From positions 175,599,342 to 175,640,145 of the forward strand of contig NC_068982.1 in NCBI RefSeq assembly GCF_001194135.2: a stretch of DNA of 40,804 nt, given 5' to 3'. A program made the position numbers and the translations under genes. Shown here piece after piece: positions 11,568 through 22,953 of the stretch (the stretch's first letter is position 1; each line of letters starts with the position of its first letter). This DNA comes from Octopus bimaculoides (lineage: Eukaryota). The notes below the pieces were generated by a model that was given only the letters and a program-made list of their open reading frames with translations, was not told the DNA's origin and searched no databases.

Positions 11568-11903
11568 CATCATCATCATTTAACGTCCGTTTTCCATGCA
11601 GGCATGGGTTGGATGGTTTGACGGAGGTCTGGAGAGCCAGCAGCTGCACCAGGTTCCAACCTGATCTAGCAAAGTTTCTACAGCTGGATGCCCTTTCTAA
11701 CACCAACCACTTTGAGAGTGTAGTGGGTGCTTTTTTACATGCCACCAACACATGAGCCAGTCAGGCAGGCCTGGCGTCGATCACATTTCGATAGTGCTTT
11801 TTATGTGCCATCGGCACGGGGACCAATCAGGAGGTACTGGCATTGACCACATTCGAATGGTGCTTTTTACGTGCCACCAGCATGAGAACCAGTCAGGGGG
11901 TGT
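11568..11903 (-). mobile_element. Family C (RTE-tail) element
   Basis: (CAT)n-TTAACGTCCGTTTTCCATGC...CAGCTGGATGCCCTTTCTAACACCAACCAC plus GTGCTTTTTAYGTGCCAC subrepeats. Confidence 0.85.
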
Positions 11904-12570
11904 TGGCTATATTCTATAACATATCAGTTTGACAAATAGAGATCAATAAAATAGCAGACTAAAATTATTACTGGAGAGAATACTGAAGGCATGTTCTACA
12001 AGTTTGGCTGAAGTTCAATGAATGAAACAAGTAAAAAACTAAAATAATATCTATGAGTGAATGAGTGAGAGTGAGAAAGTGAGCAAGAGAAAGAGAAAGA
12101 GAGAGAGAGAGAGAGAGTGTTTGTGTGTGTATGTGCTGTTGTTGCTGCAGGAGATTAGGTTTCGGTTGGCCAATGCTCTGACTGTTAAATCTCATAAACT
12201 AAGTTAATGACCAGCCAGATGTTACTACTGCTGATTTTATTGTCACTGTTGTTGTTGTTATTGTTGCTGTGGTTACTGTTATTGCCCTTGTTACTATTGT
12301 TGATGTTATATAATAGTCTGCTTTTGTTATTTTTTCTTTATTTTTGTTTCATTGAGCACTCCTGACCCATTCCCACCTCACACTATAGCCAAGATCTCAG
12401 TTAATTAGCTGTTAGGACCTACAACTAGTCTAGCCAATATCAGACACTGTTTAGTTTTTCCACTCACTGATCATTCACACATGCATATACTAACACACAT
12501 GCTAAAATAGTATTAACACTAAGTTTTTCCTACAGATGACCGAATCTTACACATTTCAGTAACATGTATT

Positions 12571-12602
<32 letters not shown>

Positions 12603-13070
12603 GGAGAGGGAGAGAAAGAAAGAGAGGGAGAGAGAGAAGAATCACACGGTCTACAGCTTTGACATGGTTTCTACAAGTACTTGTCCTTTCTAATGCCAGC
12701 CACTTTACATGCACATATAAGCATATATACATATGCAGATATATAAATACATACACACAAATGCATATCCATAAACTCATTTGATAAATTAATAAGGAGT
12801 CTGAAAAAATTATATTTTGTTCTGCTCAGAAACAAAAATGAATTTAGGCGGTGAGTAAGGGAAAATTTTGCACTAGAGTAAGGAAGTCTTTATTGCTGAT
12901 ATCCAGGTCAGATAAGTGAGTGTAAGTGCTAGTTTGCACAGACACCACTTTCAGAGTGAAGTCTGAATACTGAGTGGCCTGGCTAGTAGAGACAGGCTCG
13001 ACTCAATAAGATATTGGTTTTTCTGTGAGGAGCAGGGAAGAGTTGATTGCATAAGAGGTTATGGACATAG

Positions 13071-13333
13071 TCCGTGCCCCTGGACTGGCTCTTGTGTGGG
13101 TGGCACATAAAAGACACCATTTCGAGCATGGCCGTTATCGTGTGGGTGACACGTAAAAGCACCCACTACACTCTCTGAGTGGTTGGCGTTAGGAAGGGCA
13201 TCCAGCTGTAGAAACTCTGCCAAATTAGATTGGAGCCTGGTGTTGCCATCCGGTTTCACCAGTCCTCAGTCAAATCGTCCAACCCATGCTAGCATGGAAG
13301 GCGGACGTTAAACGATGATGATGATGATGATGA
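13071..13333 (+). mobile_element. Family C (RTE-tail) element, young copy
   Basis: Three substitutions relative to positions 1-184 over the shared part; (GAT)n tail. Confidence 0.9.
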
Positions 13334-14683
13334 AGAATGGGTGTTAATTATGTTTTACATTCTTTGCGTTAATGAAAGAAAATCAAAATACCAAGGTAAT
13401 GTAATCACATAGAGAAAAAAACATTTACAATAAAATAAGTCATAAGTAAACAGTAATACTAGGCAGAAAGAAAGAAATACTCATTTTTGATAAAAGGTGT
13501 ACTCAGTTTAATAGGGCTCAGTACTTGAGTTCTTTTTTTCCCTGATATCTCTCTTCCACTCAAGAAAATGAGAGGCACAGTTGATCTCAATATGGGTAGA
13601 GAATTTTAAATTGAAAATGTAAAGCCGCATAACTAAATTTCAATGGCTATGTGTTTAGTCATTCACTGCACTACTTTCAATTAGAAAAAAAAATGAACTT
13701 CACTTTTCTTTGCAAAGCATAAAAAAGAAGGCTGTGGTTTTTCTGACAAGTTATTACTTTCACATTGTCACATGTAACCACAAATGTATGAAATAGGTGT
13801 TATGACATAGCATAATATATCAAATTTCTAAGAGTTTATTGAGGCATTTTAGCAAATATCTTTAATTTAATTTTATTTACTTATTCATTTATTTAATTAT
13901 GCAATGGGCTGGCTATATCAGAGTTGCAAGTATAATTTCATATAATTGTATACCAGTATATGAGCTTGTATTTATGTCTGTTCACAATGATGGGTAGAAC
14001 AGTCAAATTATTTAATGCATTATGCATATGTGGTGTGCATGAAATATGTGTAAAATATGTGTAACAATATATCCTAGACATGCTATTTTGTACAACTATC
14101 GATGTATATATAACCATGTCCCTATCTTTCTTCATACAATGTATGTTAAGTTATACCCTGGATTCAGAGGTTTCCGAACTACATAAAATCAAGTGCTTTA
14201 TAAATTATTTCATTATTGAAATGGTGTTTGGTGTGTCATGGCAGACAATAGTCACAGAGCATGACAGTGAGAAATGAATCAAGAGAGGCAGAAAGAAGAA
14301 ATAAGAATTAGAAATAAAGAGAGGAATCAGGAATAATGAGAAGCATTAACTCATGAAGAGAAAGGAATAAAATTATTGAAAGAAATGTGGCTATAAGGTG
14401 TTGTATGATGAACAAAGAAGCTGAAGAAAATAGAGAGAAAGAACGAGAATTGCTAATCAGGAAAGAAAGCAAAATATGAATATTTAGCAGAAGCAAGAAT
14501 GAGAAAAGAGGCAAGAAAAGAAAACCTGACTGAAGTGAATACACTAGAATACCTAAAGAAGACACAGAACTATTTCAAGGTTGGAAAAAAAAAAAGGAAG
14601 TTAGAAGATAGATAAGAATGTTTAAAACAAGCCTGTAACCATGCCCGCGTATGAAAAAATAGCAGTAAATAATCCATGAGGAG

Positions 14684-16226
14684 CTATTTAGAATTGAAGT
14701 ACTGACTGTAAGATGTCCTCATTGTGGATCACTATGGTTCAGTGAAGAAGCTCTAAACTGCTGCCAACATACCAAAGTTAAACTACCAGATTTGCACACC
14801 ACCCTTTCAGTCAAGAACCTTATTTAAAGCTGATACACAAGAATGTTAGAATTTTGGAAAAAAAAAATAAGAATTATATCTGTGCCTTTTCTTTTGCATC
14901 TTTCAGAATGAAGATCATGCCACCATTCAGAAGAGGACATTTTCCGTATGTAAGACCAAACTTTGCACAAAGTCTCTAATCTTCATCTTGAAGATAATTA
15001 TCAGTTAAGATACAGACAACTTTATATTGTAGATGCTCAGGAAGCAGTAGACTGTCAAAATAAACAGAGGATAAATATTTTCAACAGTTCTTAGTTTATG
15101 CTTGTATCAAAGTGGAAAGTTGTTAGTTAAATTAATAGGAAATAACTGGTCTTAATTACTTTGAATAACACTCTGCAGTCTTACGGATCACCTATTAATG
15201 AATGAAGATCCTCCTGAAACTGGTGTCCCTTTTATTCTCCTCTCCTTTTCCACAGGAAGTCTAAGGTATAAGTTAGAAGATTACCAAGATGCCTGTGTTT
15301 TGTGTCCAAAGTTGGAAAACCAGATGTATTACTTACATACTCATGTAATCCTAGATGTTCTCAAATTATAAATTATCTTGGAACCTTCAAGACTGTAGAA
15401 AATAGGTCAGATTTGGTTTCACCCTTCTATAAGGCTCACCTTAATGAGTTGTTGATTGATATTATAGACAGTCATGAGCTGAGAGTTCTAGCAGCCTATG
15501 TGTATGAGACATATTAACATGAAATAAACTGTGTCCAAGACAGGTTTATTTCATGTTAATATGCTTATGATAGTAATAGACAAAGACAAATTACAAATGC
15601 AAAAACAAGTTGATTTATTAGCATCAATATAAACCCTATTAGAAGACCCAGATCTTAGACAGCTGGTAATGAGCTTAATGATACAAGGTCTATGTGGCAT
15701 GCAGAAACCAAACTTATTTTGCATGGAAAACAGTCATAAAAAAGATTTCGTCAAAAACTCCAGAGAAAAAAATTCTGAAAAATTTGATGGTTATCTTGCT
15801 TATCAAAGAAGGAACAATGCTATAATTCAAGTAGAAACTCCGAGTAGATAATAGATATGTTGTACCATTCAACAAATTTCTTTTGAAGAGCTATCAAGTG
15901 CACATTAATGTGGAAACATGCTCTTGAAGTGTATATGGTTTATTTTTAAAGTATGCTTACAATGAATACAATTACAGACTTGTAGAAGTGTTAAGTGCTT
16001 TAGATTGAGAAGCCATGCAATGAAATGGGGATGATAAAATCAAGTATTTTCTCTCCTGCACATAAATTCCTCCTGAATTTATGTGGAAGATCTCTGAATA
16101 AAAATGTATGGAAAACCTCACTCAGTCTTCCAATTAGCCATTCATTTATCAGAAGAACAGCAAGTTTACTACCAGCAAGATGAAGCACAGTATGGGAGAG
16201 AGAGATGCAGCTCACTGTTTGTACCC

Positions 16227-16314
<88 letters not shown>

Positions 16315-17071
16315 AGAGAGAATGTTAATATACAAACAACATTTTTATTGCAACATTCCATGATATTATGTTTGCAATAAAGAGAAGTCCAAATGGAAAA
16401 TAAGGGTGAGGAAAAATAACATCCTGACAAGAATATACTGTCAGTATAAGATATAGAGAAGAATTTCATTTGAAACTTCTCCTTTTGCATGTTTCTAGTG
16501 CCAACTCTCACAAGGATGTGAAGATAGTCAATGGAGAGCAAACTTTTTTTTATTTTAAGAAGTGTGTGTAAGTTTCATCATCATAACATAACATACACAA
16601 CTGATTTACAGTAACCAAAGGAGTTACTACCAATGTTTGTAAAGATTTGTCTCTTTTACCAACCTACAGATGCCATGAGTATAAGGATGGTATACAAGCA
16701 CTTCATAATCAAGGATACTTTAAGTGATGGTTAAGACATGACAGAGGTTGGAAATATATTACTAAACCAACAGAACACAATCTCAATCTTACAGAATGAA
16801 CTGTGCAATGTTTGACATATCCATACCACAGGGACATACACCCACAAGAAATGAAACAGTGCCAGTTCAGGTACCAGATTTACATCACTATATAGCATGA
16901 GCAGCTAATAGTGTTTGATGCTGTGATGAATGACATAGCTGCTAATGATAGAATTAGGCAAAAGCTTTCATGTGGAGGCTCCTCAAGTTTCCCAGAAAAT
17001 TGTTCTTTTCACTATGATGTTTAATTTTCTCCTATCAAGTAGCCGTGTATTGATAAATACTGCAGGGTCTG
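14684..17071 (+). mobile_element. Degenerate Helitron, left part: Zn-finger region, Rep domain and start of PIF1 helicase
   Basis: Collinear frameshifted motifs: VRCPHCGSLWFSEEALNCCQHTKVKLP; NYICAFSFASF; YFQQFLVYACIKVE; FSTGSLRY..YQDA; GKPDVLLTYSCNP; GLFHVNML (HUH relic); MIQGLCG..CM; VDNRYVVPFNKFLL...HINVETC; LAIHLSEEQQVYY; FHLKLLLLHV..VNG; degenerate Walker A before 17071. Confidence 0.9.
16229..16310. repeat. (AG)n microsatellite inside the Helitron
   Basis: Direct reading. Confidence 0.98.
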
Positions 17072-17395
17072 TGTTGTATAGTGAAATTGTACACCCCTCC
17101 CAGTAAAAAGTGGTAGTAGCCAGCTATTATAAATAGAGCAGTAGCTGGTCAACGAAGGAAAGTCTAGGAGGTTGAGAATATGTGTAGACAGTGCTGATAT
17201 AGTAATTATACTGTGATAGTGAGTGGACGTTATATCAATCCAGCCTTTTGAGGATAATAACACTGTACAACTGGGGGTTGTACAGTGCCAGATAGAATCA
17301 TTCTTTTGATGACTTCAGAATATAAGAATATCTGTCAGAGCAACAACCATCGTCAAAAGACAGATACAACAGTGGCAAAAGACTGCTTTAGAACA
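17072..17395 (+). repeat. 5' LTR
   Basis: TGTTGTATAG...GCTTTAGAACA; aligns with 20574-20889. Confidence 0.9.
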
Positions 17396-17408
17396 GTGGC
17401 AACAAGGA
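17396..17408 (+). promoter_or_regulatory. Primer-binding-site-like motif
   Basis: GTGGCAACAAGGA directly after the 5' LTR, resembling TGGCGACGAGG-type PBS. Confidence 0.6.
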
Positions 17409-17541
17409 CAAATAAATTTATGCGGAGTGAAAAAAAAAAAAAAACATCACATGGAGAGTTTAAACTAATTCACATGGAAAATGAAATATCTTGACAAATA
17501 AAAAAGAAAAGTCTTGTACAAATTTACAAAAATTGTAAAAT

Positions 17542-18430
17542 ATGGAAGCCTTGTTAGCTGGGATAGTTAAGTTGCAAAAACAACAACAACTCAAGGAACA
17601 ACAGGGATTGCAGCAGCAAATGTTACAACTAATGAAGTTGATAACCAAGAATACACTTTCACCTGACCATGTGGCAAATTCCATAAGTGAATTCAAATAT
17701 GACCCCAAAGAAGGAGTAACCTTCAAGGCTTACTTTCAAAGATTTTAACAAATTTTTGGAAGAAAATGTCAGAATTGGACAGATGAAATAAAAATGCATC
17801 TAGTTTTAAGAAAACTAGCAACAGCAGATGTATAGTAACTCCATATTGGCAAAAAAAAAAAAAAAAAAAAAAAGCGTCCAACATAAATTTCACCAATACA
17901 GCTGACATTTTGAGCAAAGTGTTTAGTGAAAAAAGTTCACTGTTTAATACTAGATGGAAATGTTTAAACATAGAAAAGAATGAAGATGGAAACTTCACTA
18001 CTTACACAGGCAGAGTCAATAAAGAATGTGAAAGATCTAGGCTAGATATGCTTACTCTAGATTCTTTCATGTGTTTGATTTTTGCACAAGGATTGACAGA
18101 TAGAAGGGATGCAGAAATCTGAATGGTTATTCTATCAAAACTGGAAATGAACCAGGATTTGACATTGCAGAAACTGTTGGAAGAGTGTGACAGGATATTA
18201 AAATTAAGGCATGACAGAAGAAATTCAACAGAGAGTGTGTTTCCATATAAGACCAGTGTAAAAAAGTCAGAAAACAAATAAAGTGTAGTAAGAAAAACCA
18301 AGAAAATATTGGGATGTGGACCCATGTATGGCATGTGGTGGGATGCACCTGAAAAAAGACTGTCTGTATAAAAAAAGCAAAGTGCTTTTGCTGTGGGTTT
18401 ACAGGACATACAAAACCGCACTGCAAACCT
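17542..18430 (+). pseudogene. gag remnant with paired zinc knuckles
   Basis: SISEFKYDPKEGVTFKAYFQRF; FSEKSSLFNTRWKCL..FMCLIFAQGL; CMACGGMHLKKDC and CFCCGFTGHTKPHC; frameshifts and stops. Confidence 0.85.
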
Positions 18431-18473
18431 AGAATGATAGGAAAATGGAACAAACAAGGAAAAATAAATAGTT

Positions 18474-18810
18474 GTGACTACAACAAACAGAAAATTCATG
18501 AATGTGAAAATTGAAAACACTAGAGTCAGGATGCAATTAGACACAGGAAGTGATATCACAATCATAAATGAGAAAACATGGGAACAAATGGGCAAACCAA
18601 AATTATGTAGTTCAAACAAAATAGTGTATCGTGTTACGGAAAGAAAATTATATTTCAAGGGTGAACGCGTTTGTAATATAATGTTCAAAGGTTGAACCAA
18701 AAAAGTGAATGTTTATGTGTTGAAAAAATCTATGAATTTTATACGGCACCAAATATATAGAGAAATTTCATTTATGGGATACACCCATAAGCGCTTTGTG
18801 CAATAGCATA
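18474..18810 (+). pseudogene. Retroviral-type aspartic protease remnant
   Basis: VRMQLDTGSDITIINEKTWEQMGKPKL. Confidence 0.9.
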
Positions 18811-18869
18811 AAGAGCAGTCAAATGATTGAATGAGGTTGAAGAACTGAAACATAAAAAAAAGTGATGTG

Positions 18870-19930
18870 GAACATTGTGTGTGAACTACCATTAACTTTG
18901 GAAGAAATAAAAAGAAATGTGAGAAATGACAAATTTATTAATGAGACAAAAAAAAAAAACTGTGGTCAGCAAAAGGAAATAAAGAAAAGTCTGATGCAAA
19001 GAACAGGCAAGATGTGAACGTGCACTCTATATGTGATGGTGTACTAATGTACGCTCAGAGGGCGGTCATACCACAGACATTACAGAAGAGAACGCTAAAA
19101 GAGTTCCATGTAGGACACCCAGGCATCTCTAGAATGAAAGCGTTGATGTGAAGTTTCGTATATTGGCCAAGCATGGATAAGGAAGTTGAAAACCTGGTAA
19201 AAGGCTGCAGAGGATGTGAAATGGCAGCAAAACTACCAACTACAAAATGTGAACCTTGGCCAGAAGTCAAAATACCATGGTCCCAATTGCATATTGATTT
19301 TGCAGGCCTGGTAAATGGATATTATTACTTAATAGTAGTGGACAGCTACACAAAATAGCCTGCGGATGAGAGGTGTAAACAACCAACCTCATATACAGTA
19401 ATAAACTTCTTACATGAGCTGTTTGCAAGATTTGGTGTACCGGACATAATTGTCTCTGATAATGGAACACAGTTTGTATACTGTGAGTTTAAAAAACTGC
19501 AAGATGTTCATGTTAGAACATAAAACTATAGCACTGTATCACCCTAGATTGAATAGAAGGGCTGAACAGTTCATGGACACTTTTAAGAGAGCCTTAAAGA
19601 ATGCTAATAAGGAAGCCACAGATGAGGTCGCGGTCCAACAATTCTTAAGTGTATACAGGGTAACTCTGAATCCAAATGTGCCAAAAGGAAGTTCACCAGC
19701 AGAATTAATGTTTACCAGAAATGTGAAGTCAGTTTCGATAAACTGTTACCAGTGAAGAAAAAATACTTGCTAATAAAGACATGCCAAAATTCTTTACAAT
19801 TGGTGATAAGGTATATGTAAGAATGTACAACAATGGCAAGCAATACTGGGAAGAAGAAACTGTAACATACATAGGAAGAATACTGTATGGTGCAAGAAGC
19901 AGAAGTGGAATGGAAAGGAGACATAGAAAT
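18870..19930 (+). pseudogene. Integrase remnant (HHCC zinc domain and core)
   Basis: LKEFHVGHPGISRMKALM..YWPSMDKEVENLVKGCRGC; WSQLHIDFAG..YLIVVDSYTK; DNGTQF; HPRLNRRAEQFMDTFKRAL; SPAELMF. Confidence 0.9.
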
Positions 19931-19958
19931 CAGCTTAAGGAAAGAGTCATAGAAGAGG

Positions 19959-20338
19959 TTGTTGTTGGCACTCCGTCGCTTACGACGTCGAGGGTTCCAG
20001 TTGATCCGATCAACGGAACAGCCTGCTCGTGAAATTAATGTGCAAGTGGCTGAGCACTCCACTGACACGTGTACCCTTAACATAGTTCTCGGGGATATTC
20101 AGCGTGACACAGTGTGACAAGGCTGGCCCTTTGAATTACAGGCACAACAGAAACAGGAAGTAAGAGAAAGTTGTGGTGAAAGAGTACAGCAGGGTTCGCC
20201 ACCATCCCCTGCCAGAGCCTCGTGGAGCTTTAGGTGCTTTCGCTCAATAAACACTCACAACGCCCGGTCTGGAAATCGAAACCGCGATCCTATGACCGTG
20301 AGTCCGCTGCCTTAACCACTGGGCCATTGCGCCTCCAC
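19959..20338 (-). mobile_element. SINE family D (tRNA head, (AAC)n tail) nested in the Gypsy element
   Basis: Minus strand GTGGAGGCGCAATGGCCCAGTGGTTAAGG...GGTTTCGATTTCC; TSD CATAGAAGAGG at 19948-19958 and 20339-20349. Confidence 0.92.
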
Positions 20339-20573
20339 CATAGAAGAGGACCCAACAAGAAATGAAATACTGATGGATTGGCTTTATGATACTTTTTCGG
20401 TTCCAACACCTTTACAAGTCAAAACCACATGTACAAGGAAAAAGAAGAACACTGAATTCCTAAAAGTAAACCCTAAGAAGAAAAGATATTCAGTATACTT
20501 TAAAAGAAAAAAAAAGGAGGTAGGGTGAATAAAAGAAATTGACTGCTAATAAAAAAAAAATTAATAAGGGAGA

Positions 20574-20889
20574 TGTTGTATAGTGAAACTTTACATCCCT
20601 CCCAGTAAAAAGTGATAGTAGCCAGCCATTATAGCAAGTCAACATGAGAAGGTAGAGAGCACATGTAGACTGTTGATAGTTGAATCTGTGCTGATATAGT
20701 AATTATACTGTGATACTGAGTGGACTTATAACGATCCAACTTTTTGAGGATGATAACATTGTACGACTGGGAGTTGTACAGTGCCAGATAGAACCATTCT
20801 ATCGATGACATTGGAATGTAACAATATCTGTCAGAGCAACAACCGTCATCAAAAGACAGATACAACAATAGCAAAAGACCGCTTTACAA
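20574..20889 (+). repeat. 3' LTR preceded by a polypurine tract
   Basis: AATAAGGGAGA (20563-20573) then TGTTGTATAG...GCTTTACAA; clearly diverged from the 5' LTR, with indels. Confidence 0.9.
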
Positions 20890-21385
20890 GTCTGGAATAG
20901 CTGCCATTTTATTATCCCAATGGAAAAACAATTTACTCCTTTCTCAAACTTCCAGTTTCTTTAATTGAAACAAGCGTTTGCAATGTACCACCCAACTCTG
21001 AACACGCTCAATACCTAAGGATCATAAAAGTGTTCACTGTTGATGAGGCATTTATGATAAATGCATATGCTTTCAACACAATGGACAAATGCCTTATAAC
21101 TGGAGGTGATAGCCCATTTGGCAGTACAATAATGATTCTTGGCAGTGACTTCAGACAAGAGCCTCCTATAATGTCCAGGATTCCTCCAACTACTGTTATT
21201 GTTGTCTTGTATTAAGCAATCAACCAGTGGAAAATATTTAATCAGTTCACTTTGATGACTTACCTGAGAGTAAAGAAGGACAAAAAGAATTTTCAGAATG
21301 GCTTTTCAAATTAAGAAACAACAGACTTCATTCAGCTTCATTTGATATCCCAACTAACAGTACTGATATATCTCCTGTCTGTATA
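20890..21385 (+). mobile_element. Degenerate Helitron, right part: PIF1-like helicase
   Basis: SGIAAILL-PNGKTI..KLPV..ETSVCNV; VDEAFM..TMDKCL..PFGSTIMILGSDFRQ; EFSEWLFKL. Confidence 0.88.
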
Positions 21386-21389
21386 CACA

Positions 21390-21425
<36 letters not shown>

Positions 21426-21609
21426 CATAAATAGTAATGCAAGCAAGGAAGGGTTAAATAATCCAGGCATTTACCTCAAGCAGCACTTATATGATTGATA
21501 GCTGTTTGAAATTGAACAATGGAGGTTTCTCCTGTGGAAACTTAGGTTTCAAACAAGCAAAAACTCTGTAAGGTTTATTTCCATTGCAGAGTATAAATAC
21601 TAAGTGAAA

Positions 21610-21958
21610 AATGGATTATGTGATATTACATTTATTCCATGGCTTACAGTTGTTTCAACAATGTGCGGGTGACCAATCAAGCATCATGTCTATAGACATG
21701 GAAGATAATAATGATTTAGTCATGCATGTTACGTAACGCATATTACACAATAGCTACAGCAGCCATTTCACATCATAACGAAGGTGAGAAATACTCATTT
21801 GGTTAAGATTAAATGGCTATTGTGTAATATACATTATGTAATGCATATGGCTAAGCCATTATCATCCATGTCCATAAACATAATATTTGAGTGGTCAGCT
21901 GCATATTGTTGGAACACCTTGTAAACCATTGACTAAATATAATGCCATACACTCCATT
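21610..21958. mobile_element. Old foldback/MITE-like element
   Basis: Imperfect ~145-bp inverted arms 21610-21754 and 21816-21958, ~60-bp spacer. Confidence 0.7.
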
Positions 21959-22098
21959 CTCTATAGCCTCAAACTGACCAAAGCCTTGTGAGTGGATTTG
22001 GTTGACAGAAACTGAAAAGAAGCCCGTTGTATGTATGTATGTATGTATGTATGTATGTATGTATGTATGTATGTATGTATGTGGTTGTTTTGGTAGTT

Positions 22099-22572
22099 GA
22101 AATAAGAATTTCTAACTTCCGGTCAGTCATTGTTATGATCGGCCATTATTATGATTGACCGTTGACTGAACACTATTCAATTTTTTTTCTCCGTGTTTTT
22201 CTCCTTGTCTCCGTATTCTTTCTGTTGAAGAGCGTAGCTTGAAACGTCAAAGACTTTCCGTATTCCCGAGCGTCATACTAATATATACTTTTGTTATTTA
22301 CACCACCTGTCCTCGTCNNNNNNNNNNGAAATAAGAATTTCTAACTTCCGGTCAGTCATTGTTATGATCGGCCATTATTATGATTGACCGTTGACTGAAC
22401 ACTATTCAATTTTTTTTCTCCGTGTTTTTCTCCTTGTCTCCGTATTCTTTCTGTTGAAGAGCGTAGCTTGAAACGTCAAAGACTTTCCGTATTCCCGAGC
22501 GTCATACTAATATATACTTTTGTTATTTACACCACCTGTCCTCGTCTGTTGTTATTTTTTGTATATTCTCCC
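22099..22572 (+). mobile_element. Repeat carrying a hammerhead-like motif; 219-bp segment duplicated across a 10-N gap
   Basis: 22099-22317 reads identical to 22328-22546; motif TCTTT-CTGTTGA-A-GAGC-GTA-GCTT-GAAAC-GTC-AAAGA at 22217-22253 and 22446-22482. Confidence 0.6.
22318..22327. other. Assembly gap (others at 29830-29861 and 39542-39684)
   Basis: N runs. Confidence 1.
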
Positions 22573-22953
22573 CTATGTATATATATATATATATATATTT
22601 ATGTGGTCTTGGTGTCTGTGTTTGTCCCCTGCCACCGTTGCTTGACAACCGATGTTTGTGTGTTTATGTCCCTGTAACTTAGCAGTTTGGCAAAAGAGAC
22701 TGATAAAATAAGTACCAGGCTTACGAAGAATAAGTCCTGGGATCGATTTCTTCAACTAAAAGGCAGTGCTCCAGCATGGCTGCAGTCAAATGACTAAAAC
22801 AAATAAAAGAATAATACACACACACACCCAGGTCAAGATGGCAGAGTAGATGAGGTCTTGCACTAGCTACATGTAGATTGTGAATTCAAATCTCCAGCAG
22901 GAATTTCATTGGGCCTCAGGACAATATGCTGTACTCTACATTGCCTCAGTTAA

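Larger units (their letters stand above)
17072..20889 (+). mobile_element. Gypsy-type (Mag/Cer-like) LTR retrotransposon lacking RT/RNase H
   Basis: Two LTRs, PBS-like and PPT motifs, 5-bp TSD GTCTG (17067-17071; 20890-20894), gag-protease-integrase remnants in Gypsy order. Confidence 0.92.
21961..22815 (+). mobile_element. 5'-truncated SINE family A interrupted in its microsatellite by another repeat
   Basis: Family A middle (21961-22030), (TATG)n, insert, then family A 3' half ending CAGTCAAATGACTAAAAC. Confidence 0.8.

Noticed and set aside
14907-14945. Apparent + strand exon NEDHATIQKRTFS resembling a calponin-homology domain start
   Set aside because: No following Trp, and the adjacent frame (NYICAFSFASFRMKIMPPFRRG) is collinear with the Helitron N-terminus
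15256-15265. Apparent 10-nt microexon after a pyrimidine tract
   Set aside because: It is the Helitron LPSSFTGSPRY-like segment (LLSFSTGSLRY)
21478-21599. Minus-strand frame with LKPKFPQEKPP, reminiscent of VPS37A PQFPQEKP
   Set aside because: Short match ending in a stop, with the acceptor partly formed by the MITE end; kept only as an alternative terminal-exon candidate
22099-22546. 219-bp tandem duplication as a real genomic tandem
   Set aside because: Both copies end exactly at a 10-N gap and read identical, typical of unmerged contig overlap
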